A stretch of 64,000 nt of DNA, taken from the NCBI GenBank assembly GCA_002633005.1, contig NMRA01000495.1:98837-162836 (forward strand). The letters run 5' to 3'. Position numbers and translations under genes: made by a program. Below, piece after piece: positions 25,333-38,820 of this stretch (the stretch's first letter is position 1; every line of letters begins with the position of its first letter). The DNA is from Phoronis australis (lineage: Eukaryota; Animalia; Phoronida). A model generated the notes under the pieces. It ran no database searches, was not told where the DNA came from, and worked only from the letters and a program-made list of their open reading frames with translations.

Positions 25333-28300
25333 TAACTTGAGGCTCCTTATGATGAATATCATTTCAAATGATGTAACTAAAATATCTTTACTAAGAAATA
25401 AAACTGGTGCTTATTGTTAACATAAGCACACTTATAAAATTTTCATTTCATTATTAGAGTATGTAGTTATTATTTTAACATTATTTGGCTACTTTTAACC
25501 TAAATCTATTCAAAGTATCAAATGCACGGTCCACATTGGAAGCCTCAGATATGTTGTGATAGGGTGCATTGTGGGTCGGCTTTTATGTATTATTTATAAC
25601 ACATTGATTCTGTGTAAAGAAAATGGTTTTACACACGAGTTTCGGCAAGCGCGCGTATACACTGGAGTACTTTTGAGACGCGCACTAAAGAAGCTTTACT
25701 GAGCAATTCCAACCCCGAATCGCGCGTATCGCGTTTAAATGATTTAAGCCCAGAATACACTAAACATGCTGAATATTCGTGAAACAGCATAGATTTTAAC
25801 TGGTTTTAGTGTTATGTCGCTCATGCATGAGCGTTTCAAAGTAATTATGTTAGTTTCGTTCACCGATAACGCGCTTCAGTGCCATTTGCGCGTTTGACCT
25901 AGGCCGCTTTTTATCCATACTCGCTCAACGTAACTCTCGTAGCTGTGCCATGTCATTTCAAACACAATCAAATCTCAAGATAACGAGTCTACACAGCGTA
26001 CGTTTCTGTTTAGGATTCTAGTTTAGACTGTGCCACTGTACACGTAGTCAGTAGGGCTATGCGGGTTTACCGACAACTCTGTTGTAACTTTGCGTTAATA
26101 ATGATATTCGCTCTCTTGAACTGAACGTTTTAAAGTCTCCGTATGTGCCGATGTTAGATTATCTCGAGAGTGCTGGCAAATAGTTATAGTCAAAATGAAC
26201 CGTTTGTAGTAAGTGCGCTATGTTACTGGCAGCCGCGCATATTAACTGAAGTCAACAGCGTAGCCACAAAGCGCAAACAATGCTACACGCTTCTAACCAA
26301 GGCTTAGGACAGGCATGGCGGGCGCTTTGTGTAATTTTAGTTAGTCAGGTCAAGTTTAATCACGACAAGTCGGCCATGGGTAACGCGACAGCAATGTCAC
26401 ATTATATACAGCTCACTGTCTGTACCAACTTTAACCATTGTTTTTAGTGCAAAGCACAGCGACTATGAGTGAATTTACTATGTCGACTATCGCTGATTCC
26501 TCATAAAATATGCCTAGCGACTAGTACAATAACATTGCGAAAATCATTTCGTGACAAGCGACACGCGCGTTTTTCGCAACAAATATTCTTCCTGAGCCGC
26601 TCTATATTCTCAAGCGACACCGGCGCTTATGTCACTTCTATGACCATAGCACTTGTAAACCCCAACGAAAGCGGCAAAATCTTACAATTATTCTAGATTC
26701 GCAGAATTTGACTGGAAGGCCGGAGACACGGCGGATCGAGCTGCGGCTACGGACTGATCACAAGATGTCGAAGCCATAGCTGCATGCATAAGAAGGAAAT
26801 AATCGCTCGACGTGTTACAGGCTTTAGTCAGAAGTTTCGTTACCTCACGACTGTTATAGCAGAATTGCGTTAGCTGAGGATACATAGGCTACTGCATAAT
26901 GTTTAGGTTGTTAAGGTTAGAATTTCAAACCGGCGATGTTTTATAACGTGAAGTCGGGGCTAGGCCGAAGTGCCACGTACTCTTTGTTGTGCCTAAACAT
27001 TCATCCCTCAAGCTGCCTCTCGGCGTAACAAGATTGCATTAATGACCACTGTTTCTTGCCTGGAGATTACGTTTTGCATTTCAGCTTTTTCTCATCATTT
27101 TGAACAAGAACATGGGCTAAACATGGCTTCCCGTTCTTATGTGTGCGAGTCAGGCTACGATTGAGCGGAAAAGAGTTAAGCGCGCGCGAAATACCGGTGT
27201 CTCGACTTAGTGTTGTAAGCCTTTGCGCTCGCGTGTTTCTCGTCCGTGGCGGCGTGCAGTGGGTGACACATCCGCCACAACTCTAAGCTGTCTAAGCGTT
27301 TGTGGTTATTGAGGACAAAGTGAACTACGGACTCCATGACGTAACCGTATTAGCTTTGTAGGTCTAACGGAGGTGGTCATGCAGAGCAGCTTGCAATCTC
27401 TTTCAGCGACTGAATGCGCATTGCTGCTGCCACGCCAGGAATTGTAGCCTACATCTACATCCCTGCTCACGCACGCAAAACGCAGTGAACCGTTTCAAAC
27501 TGGAGTGCGGCGCTGCACACCGATTAGAGGGAGACACAAGGACTGAAAAAAAAAACGCCGTCGGCTTCCGTCATTAGGATTTGCAAACACAGACATTTTT
27601 CCTTCGAAAATTGTGATTGGGCCCCCTAAACTACATCCTGCATCCCCCGGTGCACAACCAATATTCAAGCGGATCTAACCAGTATGGAGCCTACATTCAA
27701 ACAGCCATTTATTTTGCAGTCACTTTGAGCTATCCCTGTAAGTTCAAATCAAATAGTTTCAAAATAGCCAGTCTATACATCCTGGTAGCTCAGTGTCTAA
27801 AGGTATCTGGGACTCTTTATTCTTTCGAAACTTGGTTTGCTTGACTGTTTCCAACAAGGTGAATATTTTCCTGACAATTGGTCAGAGAGCTGAAAGAATG
27901 TTGGCAGAGCTCAACTGTGGCTGATGCACTGAAGATTCTCATAAGCGGTCGTCGGGTTAAAGTATTTCGAGACCCCTAATATACAAATGTGGGCAATAGT
28001 AATTTGAGGTGCTGTCAGTCGTCACAATTTTTCCACCAGTCCGCCAAGTCGCAACAATTTTCGAGCTACCGCCGTTGCTACCAAAGTTTATCCCTCCCCG
28101 TCAAAACAACCCCAGTGGTTATTGAAGCGAGGCGTGTGATGTGTTTTATTGTTAAAATCCGGCGAACTGGAATGATTGGCTTTCTAGCGATGGCAGAAGG
28201 CGAGATCGTCCGATCTTGCGGCTTAGCCCCCCACCTACTCATCATCCATAGGCTTTCTAGGAAGACGTGGGAACTGACCCGGGTAGGAAACAAGAAAATG

Positions 28301-29333
28301 GAAGCGGTAATTCTCGTTGACAGAAACCTTTTTGAGAGTCTACAACAAATCTAAAATATTTCTTCATAAAGATCAGCTATGGGTGATGATTTATGTGGTT
28401 CGGTTTGTTGAAAAACATTAAATGAAAAATATATATTCGGATCATGGTAAAAACGTGAAGTCATTTTTTGAATGGTGAAGAAGAACGTTTCATTAAAATT
28501 GTGACACACTGTTGCCCTTTTTGGATTTCTTTATTTTTACTAGAGTTGACCAAATCACGTCAGCCAAGCAACAGTCCGATTTTAGCGCACCAGAAATATA
28601 TTTTGCTACGCAAATCACCTTCCTCAGAATTTTTTAGCACAAAAACACGCGAATTAGGCGGTAGACTATTTTACTATCTCTATTTGAGAACTCTCGCTAA
28701 CACTATAATTTATTACATTTCCACAAGAAAACGGTTTGGCAATGCCGACACGAGGGTTATTTTTTGTTGTTTATTAATTCATATCCGAACATCTACTTAT
28801 GCCATAAACACTGGATTTAAGTCCCATGTAATGCTGGCGTTTAAACTACCATTGTTTGGGTTCGTTTTTTGGTGTGGAGTCGTTTGTTGGTTATGCGGCC
28901 AATTCCTCTTCCAAATTACACATTATCAAACCGAGGTCTAAATGGAATCTACAGAACGCTGCAACGGGGAAGATTCGCCACCTCATTTGAATTTGAAGTT
29001 TGCTACTTCAACTTGACCTAAGTAGCGCGCGCGCGGCAGGACGGCACACTACCCCGGGAGTTCATAATCAGTAACGCGTGCAACATTCAAAATCGAAAGC
29101 AACAAAATACCTGGGCAATTTAGAAATGGGTACCTGAGACAACTATATACCAAATGATTAAACCCACAACAGCTTCCCCCACCCCTGTGGTTATGCCAGC
29201 TCCAAGTTGACTTAGGAACAATTTGAAACCAATTTCATGATGGTACCTGATCTAAATAAAAAGTTACTTTCAAGTGATACAAGGCGGGTTTAGGTGACGG
29301 TTGCAACTATTATCGACATAAGCCAGTCCCAAA

Positions 29334-29562
29334 CTTGCGCGCACCCAGCCTTTATTTCGGGGGGGGCTCGAATATCTGCCGATGTGGAAGTCCAAAACGG
29401 GTATCACGTTCAGGGCTGTGAATTGTGTGTTGCGCCTTTTTAGTGGACTTTTGTCTCGTTTTCACGGACTTTTTGTTTCTCTGAGGCGGACCTTGTTGCT
29501 CACTTCGCCAAATGGGGGGCTCCTTCGATCCCTCCGAGCCCCAACCCCTGGGTGTGCGCATG
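29334..29562. mobile_element. MITE family A copy, TSD CCAAA/TCAAA
   Basis: cttgcgcgcacccagcc...gggtgtgcgcatg; same core. Confidence 0.8.
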
Positions 29563-31096
29563 TCAAATTTTAAGGGGCCATGGCCCCCTTGTCCCCCCTA
29601 ATCTGCCACTGCTTAGCTACCATCTTATACAACACGTGTCCATTAAATTTAGGATAAGGCGGTCTTTGCTACGACTGGGCTACGACTGCAGTATAGCTAC
29701 GACTATGGTACTCTTGTGAAAGGAAAAATATCTACTGACTTAAGTGATGTTCGATCTTTACCCTGCAGCTTTAATCTATGACTTAAAATTTTGTTTTTGA
29801 AATGTTGACCACGAAGTCCCCGGATTTTTTCGGAACTCGAAGTGACCGTGAAAGTCCAGTTGTGTAAAATTCATGCGATCGTGAAGGTCCGGTTTTGATC
29901 CCTCTGCCAATTAAAGTCAGGATCTCTGAGCGACTTTTTGGCGGCTTTTTGCGGTTTGCTTGAACAAAGGCTTACTGAAAACTCCATTTTAATGTATAGT
30001 CGGGGTTTAAAAAAGATAAGTGAACTAAAGATCAATTAATATAAAAAATATGAAAAGGAACGAAAACCCTACGACAACGTCAAGATTTTCTAAAAATACG
30101 ATATGGCCGCAGATCAGTGATGACCAGAAAGGTCGGTAAAATTACGAGTAGACAGGATTTTTGTTTCCTCTTGTCAGTACTACTCTCACTCCTCTATGAT
30201 GAGTAGGTCGGGTGGTAAAGTATTTTACACTTTCCTTAATTGTACAATTGCAAAAATCAAGTTCTTTTGTCCGATTGAAAATATAAAATAGTTCTGTGCC
30301 TCGTGCATATTTTACAGCCGATCGCGAGAGGATAAACAAACTTATTTTGATTTACGTTTTTAGCGCAACTCCACTAGTCTGTATGACGTCGTATCGTACG
30401 GGCTCAATGTCGTCAAGTTTTTGCCTTTGGAAAGATATGATTCAGTTACAGGGGGAATCCGCGCTCGAGTGATCGAGCACGTGAAATCGCTTTCGGTTCT
30501 TTCCAGACTCTCACATTCAGTCGTTACTGGGAGCTTCATGCAGTAATTGGCTTATTGAAGTGAAATCGCTGATTACTGGTTTTTAGTAGAAATGTGTTAG
30601 AAATCAATCTTGCTTCGTTCTGTTCTTGCTGCTGTCAATATCTGTCAAACATTTTTGTGCAGGCCTACAAGAATAGCTGATGCCAATCTAGTTCTGCTAT
30701 TTTCGATAAGAAATTTAACTGTAACAAATCTCAGGTCTCATGGCTATTTGTAGGCTTACGTCAGTAAAACTCGTGTCAGTAACAATTTTCTTAACTCACT
30801 GGCCGTATGCTCAGGCTTGTACTAACAGCAGTTGCCTAATATATTTATTTATAATTTGCAAAGATTGTTCTGGAGAGGCCACAAAAACTCACGTTAAAGG
30901 ACTTAACCAGCATTTGTTCCCCGACCATTGCGGTCGGTAGCCTCGAAAACAATACAATTCGCACACCTTGGTGGCAGTGCAACGTCTTGTTAACCACCTA
31001 AGGATATAAAACCTCTGACACTGTTGAAAAGTGGGTCACGGATGATAGCTGGGGTGCGTTCCGTAAAGCTAGAGTTTCCTTCAAGATTTGCTAGAT

Positions 31097-31246
31097 TAAG
31101 GGAGGATCCAGGATTTCGTAAGGGGGGTCGGATCAAGGATTTTTTCAAAAATAAGGGGGACCCAAGTCAATAATTTGAAAATTCTAGATTTGATATCACT
31201 AAAATCAAGGGGAAAAGGGAGGTCCGGACCCCTGGATTCGCCTATG
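31097..31246. mobile_element. degenerate GC-rich MITE (GGATCCAGG termini)
   Basis: ggaggatccagg...cctggattcgcctatg inverted ends; imperfect tagat/gagat flanks. Confidence 0.5.
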
Positions 31247-32870
31247 GAGATCGAGCAAGTTTTCGCGCCGTATGGGCATGGATTACAAGCGAAGTACGTG
31301 ATCTTTCAAGTTTTTAGTCGTAAGTAATTTCCTACGGAACACTGAGGCCCACGGTGGGAGCAAATGTTACATATTAGCGGGGGATCAGTAAATCGTCACT
31401 ATTATCGTCAAACTTTCATGTTGTCAACAGCTTTAGAAAGTCACTGCGGGGCATATTCCAATTACTACGACTTAAAGTGGCCCGGGAACCACCACCACGG
31501 CTCCGCTCTGTAGGTAGGCTACGTATACAAAAGAGAAACCAACAGCTGCCTACCAAGCGAATCCCGGTGACTCAGTAGGTACGGTTGAACACGTCAACAG
31601 TTAATGTTTCAAGGAAATATTGCTTTTTCTATTCCGAGGTCTCTAATTAATGGCGCACGACGACTTTCTTGTTCGTAAAGAAGAGATGCGTAGGTCAGTA
31701 GCGATTTGGCGTTACAACGTAGCAATGCAGAAAGACACAGCAACTACGTAAAAACGTATTGGTCGACATGAATGCAGAGCCGGAGTGTCCGTAGGTAGCC
31801 ACGAGTCATCAATGTACGGTTGCGATGCAGGCAAATCGCTAAGTGTAAACATTCCTGTACTTCTCGTCTGCCAAAATCATTCATGTAGTCCTTTATCAAT
31901 TCTCTTGGTTAGAGTATGGGTCAACGAGAGTCATTTCCCGAGGTCACACGGCATGCACTATTTACAGCGCGGAACTAGTCGACTGGAAACTGGGACAATT
32001 TTCTGTGTTTTGGAAAGAGCATCTGAATGCAAATTACTATTCTTAATACAGTCATTAAAACGTATGAAAATCGAAAACACAATTAACAACCAAGCTAGAA
32101 AATCGGTCACATGGTGTAAGCTGATCTTGATACCGGAAAACTACGTACTCATTATTGGTAACACAAAAATTATAGTGGCTATAAACACGACGCTTTTTAT
32201 TCCATAAAACAACTTTAGACCACTTACCGTTATGGAATTGGTCACAAATTATTCCGTTGTCACATTAGAGAGGTGATTTCAGGACTTAAGAACAGCCTGT
32301 ACAAGTTGACTGTCGCGGAGTGTCATTTTATGCGCCGAAGTCGAGGGTAGTCTCAACTTGAAGGAATAACAAACAGTCAGAACTTTGAAAGCACAGTGAT
32401 CATTTTTCACCTTAAGAAGAACAAGTTGGGACCAATATCGTTGCGGTGAGTGATCTAAACCAAAAATTCACGTCACTGACGGAAGGTACTGGAGTTAGAG
32501 CTACTTTAATCACACCTGTTTTGTTCAGTGAAGTAATTACCATTAGCTATGCTGTGACATATAATGTCGCAATCGACGCATATTGTAGCCCGGGTAATCG
32601 GGGAGCCACAACGATCGACTGTGCAGTGAACATCGACGCATATTCGGACTTTTAGTGATAACGTGTCATGGTAGTAGATGACGCAGTTTGGACCCACAAG
32701 AATTAAAGGAGAATGCCACCAGATTTAATTAGCCTTTTTGCCGTATTAATCGGTCTATATACACATTGCCTCGCATACGGTCGACTTTACCTTGCCGAAA
32801 GACCGTCGCGTTAACCTGTGAGGAAGGTGAGAAATGACGCAGCGACGTCAGTGGTTCATTTGCGGAATGA

Positions 32871-33120
32871 ATGCCGATATGTTGCGGTGCCATCGTTCCC
32901 GCTTGTCCGAACTAGTGCAGCTGCGAGGAAAGCGGGTATATCGTTTTTTCGACTTCCCCGAGAGTTCAAAATGCTTAGGAAGTGTAGTGAAGAAATGAAA
33001 AGTACGCTGTAAATAGCAACTATGAGGCCGTGAAACATTTTCGTGTCTGTGGCCTGCAGTCGTCGACAGTGCCAGACGAATGCCGGCTTACTAAATAACT
33101 ATCCATACGTTCCGTTGTCT
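32871..33120 (+). pseudogene. decayed THAP zinc-finger domain
   Basis: MPICCGAIVPACPN* / (frameshift) RKAGISFFRLPRE..MLRK / (frameshift) KHFRVCGLQ / YVP follows the THAP order CxxxxC...F(F/H)RFP...W...RVCSxHF...AVP, with stops and frameshifts. Confidence 0.6.
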
Positions 33121-36100
33121 GAGCTTGTTCAGAGCACCTCTATAGTATTTCTTCATCACTGTATTGCGGTTCGAACTGATGGCCTGTTAAACTTAACGTT
33201 TCACCTGCGAAGTCTTCGTCGGGATCGAGCTCTCGTCTAAGTCGGGATTGCGAGTTGCTATGTTGACGTTTGTTACTGAGCGCTCTGTTTCAAAATGAAT
33301 TATTCTCACCCTAACCAATACTTATATAAAACTGAAACAAAGTCTGTCTCATTAGATGCAATTTTTAATGCCTTTGGAGTGCTCGTGAGTGCAAATGATT
33401 TGAGAATCCACTGAGCAATGCGTTACCGGCTTGGTGCAGCAACTCTAATTGACGGGACACCGAGGCCATGTGAGCTCATGCTAATTCAGTGTTTGTTGAC
33501 AGAAACTGTTGTGAAACAACCCGATTTCTATCCCACGCCCAGGTGTTAGGGGAATCTTTATTTACATTTACATTATTCAAATGATGATTGTCAATGTACA
33601 ACTTCTGCCCTGACGGTTCTGTGGCCAAAGCGAAACCTCATGAATTCGCGGCCCCTGAGGAGTAAGTAGGTTTGCAGTTTCGTGGCTAATTCACCAACAT
33701 AACCACGTGCACATTACTTCTTTAGAAGTTTAGTTTCCAACTTCGTGTGGTTTATGTTCGTGATGTCTTCAGTCCGGCCAGCCGCGACGGGCCTGATCGG
33801 GCTCCGAGCCACTCACTCGGGCAAAAGATAACAAGCGTTTTGTGTGTTTAGAACTCAAAAAATCACAAGTCTAAACAACACAAACCTAGGTTCTCCTGTC
33901 AGTATCTCACGGAAAAATACTTCGAATTTGTCTCCGAACAGACCCCAAACTCCTGCTACGGACTACGGACCCTATTGGCCTGCCGAACTTTGTAGGCTAC
34001 ATTGTGTCCAAATACCAATAAATCCGTAACAGCGAAATAAAACACGTTTTTATAAGAACTCGGTGTATTTTTAAGGGTTTTACATCGAAGTTTGATGATT
34101 TATTGGTGTTAAACGATGAATTCAAGCGATAAGCTCGAACCAGTGAACTGCTAAACAGACTGCGCGTGAAACCAATACGTCATTGCATAATTTCAACACC
34201 TGCGTCTGCCGTCAGGTGTCAGGTAACGCAACCGTACGAGACGTTATCGAGTAGAACTACTCGATCTAAATTGACACAAATTAGGTTGTTTTTTGGGTGG
34301 CATGCTCCTTTAGAATAAACATGCCGTCGCCGACTGGGTCCAAAACGTCACAATGACGTCAAAATGACGTCATGCTAAACATTCCTGCCGGCCTCCCCAG
34401 CTGCGTTGAAAAGTTGCCTTCTTACCAGGATTTTTGGCACATAGGCGGACGTAGAGTCAGAGGGATGCCTTAGAACTTGCAAGGAAATCCAAAAGGAGGT
34501 TCTGCAACAAGTTAAAAGGGGGAAATAGGCGAGAATTGGCTAAATGGTTATAATCGCCTCGTTTCATATATTGTCGTGATGGACCGTTCGAAGATGACAG
34601 GGATGCAACCCTGGACGGTCAAAAAACCGCAAGTCCTTCTGCTCGATTACTCTCAGTACTTTAATCAGACAGCATCAGTTGCCTGAGGAATTAAGACGTT
34701 TGACTTTTCGCCTTTTTGTGGACGAAAACAGGGCCAGTGAAAAAAGCGTGTCCAACGTATGTTCCCTGAAGCCCGCTTCACAATCAAAATACTGTTGTGC
34801 GCGTGGACGTTGATTTTGTAAACAGGAACATTTGGGATAATGAGTATACGTGGCTTTCTCCCTCCGGTTTTCGGAAGCCCCCTCTAGAATCGCATTCAAA
34901 TCCTTATACCTCCCATCTCATCTACTGAGTGCGAAAGTCCTTCAGGCGGAAGTATGATTTCTGGGGGTGTTGAGAGGGTGACACTCTCCAGAAATCGTAT
35001 AATTAGTTGGACGAAAAGGTTGGACAAACAGTGTCAAAAATGGTTTCATGTGACCTTTTAGTTCGTCTGTCATAAATTCTCCCTAAACGGAATCGTGTGT
35101 TTTTTCAGTACTTTCTAATTTTGTCGTCATTTTTGTCTTGCAATAGATATGTTTAATTTGCGCGTTGTTCTGCATGAACGAGGTATGAAAAAGATGAACG
35201 ATACACAAATGCGCGATCCATTAGCGTCGGAACGTGCCGCAATTTTAGTCACGAGCCTCTGTTGCTAATTAGGTTCAGTTCAACGTGTCCACATTAACAA
35301 ACTCTTTGTTTGCAAAATCGACCAAATTTGAAACAAAAGTTCGCCAGTGTGTTCAGGTTGCCAAACACGGACAAACTGATCACGTGATTCTCAGTGATCA
35401 AAATGTCAGCCCCTGTAAGTGAAAGTTTGGTGGAGTTTGCTAGTGAGGGCTGGTTGCCACTCATCAAAACATGACCAAACTCCGAGTTTGGGCTTGTTTT
35501 CACCAAAACTTTGATAGAGTTTTCCAATGTGAACTTGATGTTTACGAAACAGCATTGGGTGATGCAATTTTAAAATCAAACAACTTGTTAGATATCAATC
35601 AATAACCGGATACTATTTATTTTGGGAGAGATCAATTAATTTCGTTGCAAGCTAGAGCAACTTCATTCATGAAAAAGACGTTGACGTTAGATTACATTTT
35701 TGCTAAACGCAAAGCAATGTAAAGAAAACAAGAATGTCCTGTAATCCGACACTGTGTAAAATCGACGAAACAGTTTCCAGCCACACTGAAGAACTAGATG
35801 TCCGTATACTAGATGCTCCTGAACGCCCATTTGCGGTACCGGAATTTGGCAAATAACACAGTTAAATTTAAATTAAATCGAAAATTTTGTATGAGACGTC
35901 GAAATGAGTCGTGCTGTTTTCTCCGGGAACAAAATAATATCCAAACCGGCGCGTTGATATCAAGCAATAACCTTGGACTAAAATTAATCGATATCCCCAG
36001 AAAAAAAGTGGTTGTATGACCACCTATTTTTGTCAGCGTTTGTTTTTTCAAAATAAAATTGACCTGTTTTTGACAAAATCGAAAACCGTGATAACACACA

Positions 36101-36363
36101 AAAGATCATGTCTAGTTTCAATTACAAACAACCAAATTAAAACAAATTAAAATGGTGAAAAATAAGCATTCTGCAACTTTAAACACTCGGAGAAAAGTTT
36201 GCTTGCAAAATAACAAAGCGAATTTTAATAAGGTTTGGCTAAAGCCCTTGAGCTTTGACTGCTTTGTATTTTCATGAAACATATTGCTGAGTCAATGGTT
36301 GAAGTCCTTGATACTCATACAAAATTACTTCCCAGTGCCAAGTGATGAGCGATGAAAGACCAG

Positions 36364-36802
36364 TGGCCGGTTGCATGAAACAGTCCCAAATGGGGACTCA
36401 ACTATGGTCCTTAAGTCTTTTTACGTATTTGTGTTTTCATGGACTCACAGATGTAACATTAATTTTATACCATTTCATCTTTATATGAGCTCCTCTTTGA
36501 TAAATTACATTTTCTAATAATATATTTAACTAAAAACTGAGCCCAGAGATCATTGAAAGTAAAATGACTCAGTCCTTAAAATTGGGGGTGTTGCATGAAA
36601 AGATCCCTAATTATTTTTGATAATATCGACAATTCAACGTAGAGTTCACTCTCGATTTGTATCAAAGTCAAAATTTGACTTAGTAATGAAACTAAAACAA
36701 TAGAAGAAAGGGTAATCTATGTTTTCACAAGTCCAAAAATACGCAGTAGATTTAGGGAATTTAGTTGAGTCCCTATTTGGGACTGTTTCATGCAACCGGG
36801 CA
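36364..36802. mobile_element. PIF/Harbinger-like MITE, ~41-bp TIRs, 3-bp TSD CAG
   Basis: cag|tggccggttgcatgaaacagtcccaaatggggactcaacta ... tagttgagtccctatttgggactgtttcatgcaaccgggca|cag. Confidence 0.85.
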
Positions 36803-38673
36803 CAGAAGGCTTTTATCTATTCGCAAAACAAAAACATTTGAAGTTACAATATCGGCTCGAAGAATGTCCATTGACTTCATGGCTCGAAACTTATCTCTGT
36901 ACTCGGTATAAGACTCGATAACTGTCCATGGCACAATAGCGTCCAGGTTGGTGATGCTCGCGGCGGTTTTTAATTGGATGTCTGTGGACCTTAGTGCTAT
37001 GAAAAGTAAAAAAGATGAAACATAAAATAGAAATTTTATTCAATTTAACTACAAATCAGTCACAATTTCAAAACGTTTATTCATAGTGATTGGATGGCTT
37101 GTGATGATGATGTCCGGGGCCAGCCGTCGCCCCGACGGATCCTCTCCTTTCTGAACGCTACTGCCATGGTGTGGCATGCCTCAAGTAACTCGAGGGATAT
37201 TAGACCCTGGACCCAGGAGTCTATATGTTCGTAAAGGAAGATGCGTTGTGCACTAGTTTGAGTGACACTGACAATGTGATTTCAAAATTGAACATTGGTT
37301 TGAATGCCTGTGAAATAGCAATACTGGCATGCTTTGGCACTGAAAATATTGCTGAAGTATTTAATTAATTGAGTAAATAAAATAGCTTGTTTGATAAACT
37401 TGCTAACAAAAAATCCGCTTTTACTGAACCATAGGATTACTACCATATATGCGCGTATTTAGGCCCGTGCTTCAATATCTGAAGCTGTGCCTATATCCAC
37501 ACTTAGGCGCATGCGCCTATATGCGAACCATTCGATTAATACCATTCATGAGTGGTGCTCCTGATTTTGGCGCGCCGCATTTATTTTTACGAAAAAATTC
37601 TTAGCTGTTTGTCTCGTGTAATGCAGTGACGAATATCACAAATGATATAGGGTCCCATAATACTCCTAGACGTACTACCTGTATATTTATTTGGTTCGTT
37701 TCTTAGTTTTTTAAACACCCATTTTGTTTTTCTGTTGAACACTGTTGGCATTTGCCCTTGTTATGCCCGAAAGGTAGTGTAAATTGTCAACCAATCATTC
37801 CTTTAATTTCCTTCCGACTATTATTCATTGTTTAAATCCGGTTCAATTAGTAATAAACCCATTGTGTTCATAATTTACAAATGTGAAAACATTTAAACAA
37901 ATTTTGCAACATTTAACCGCTAAACCGATGTTCCTATTATTTCTACCAGTTGTGCTCAAAAGTGTTTATCAAAGCGTCTTGTCTGAGTCGTAGTCTTAAA
38001 GAAGTGCGCTGTCAAACACAGTCGCGAAGAAATGTTTCGCATGGGCAAGATTATACGCGTTTGCTGTATCCGCAGCAAGGCAATGCGAAACATTTGGGTA
38101 AATATTGCTTTTTGAAATTAACGCACTATTTCGGATATAGATTAGCGCATGGGTCCAAATACTACTATAGTCGATTTGTTGCAGTCTTGTGTTTGCTCAG
38201 TCCAGTCCTTCATATTGGGTTTCAAAGGGTTTCTGGATATAGAACATGTTGAGCAATATCTGACCCCCAAGTAAACTTGCTTGCTAGTATTGCCCCTGCC
38301 CTCAGGCTCCGGCACCTAGCTAAGTTACATTCGCCCGTTCAGTCATGGAGGCTTACACACGGTATCACGCAGACCATGACGGCAAGTACACACGCAGCCA
38401 CACACCTTCGCAAAACTAAGCTATTAGAGGGCGACAATGTGTGCTACTAAAATGTGACAGCGCATATATTGTCGCACGCTCGCCCCCAGGGGCATCAATA
38501 TTTTCCGGATGAGGCAATCTGTATGCCGGGGTTACGCCGACACAAATCGTAGTCCGGGCGACATTTAAGTTATTGGTCGATATTGTCGGCTTGTCGCACT
38601 TGGTCGGCGATTATCGCCCGGGCGATAACATAAATATGTGTCGAATGCGACAATTTAAGTCACAACAGGCGTA

Positions 38674-38820
38674 CGTTCAGTAACGGCTAGGACCTAGGCC
38701 TACGCTAGGACCTAGCTAAAATCTAGATACAGTCACGTGTTCTCACTTAAAATACATGGCAGTATCTCACGTAATCTCGCGAAATCTTGCTTTTTAGCGA
38801 GGTCATGGCGTTACTGAACG
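38674..38820. mobile_element. small TIR element
   Basis: Perfect 12-bp inverted repeat cgttcagtaacg / cgttactgaacg, extended by gacctagctaaaa / ttttagcgaggtc. Confidence 0.55.

Noticed and set aside
35358-35415. Possible isolated plus-strand exon (cag|gttgcc...cct|gtaagt)
   Set aside because: No partner exons or recognisable protein.
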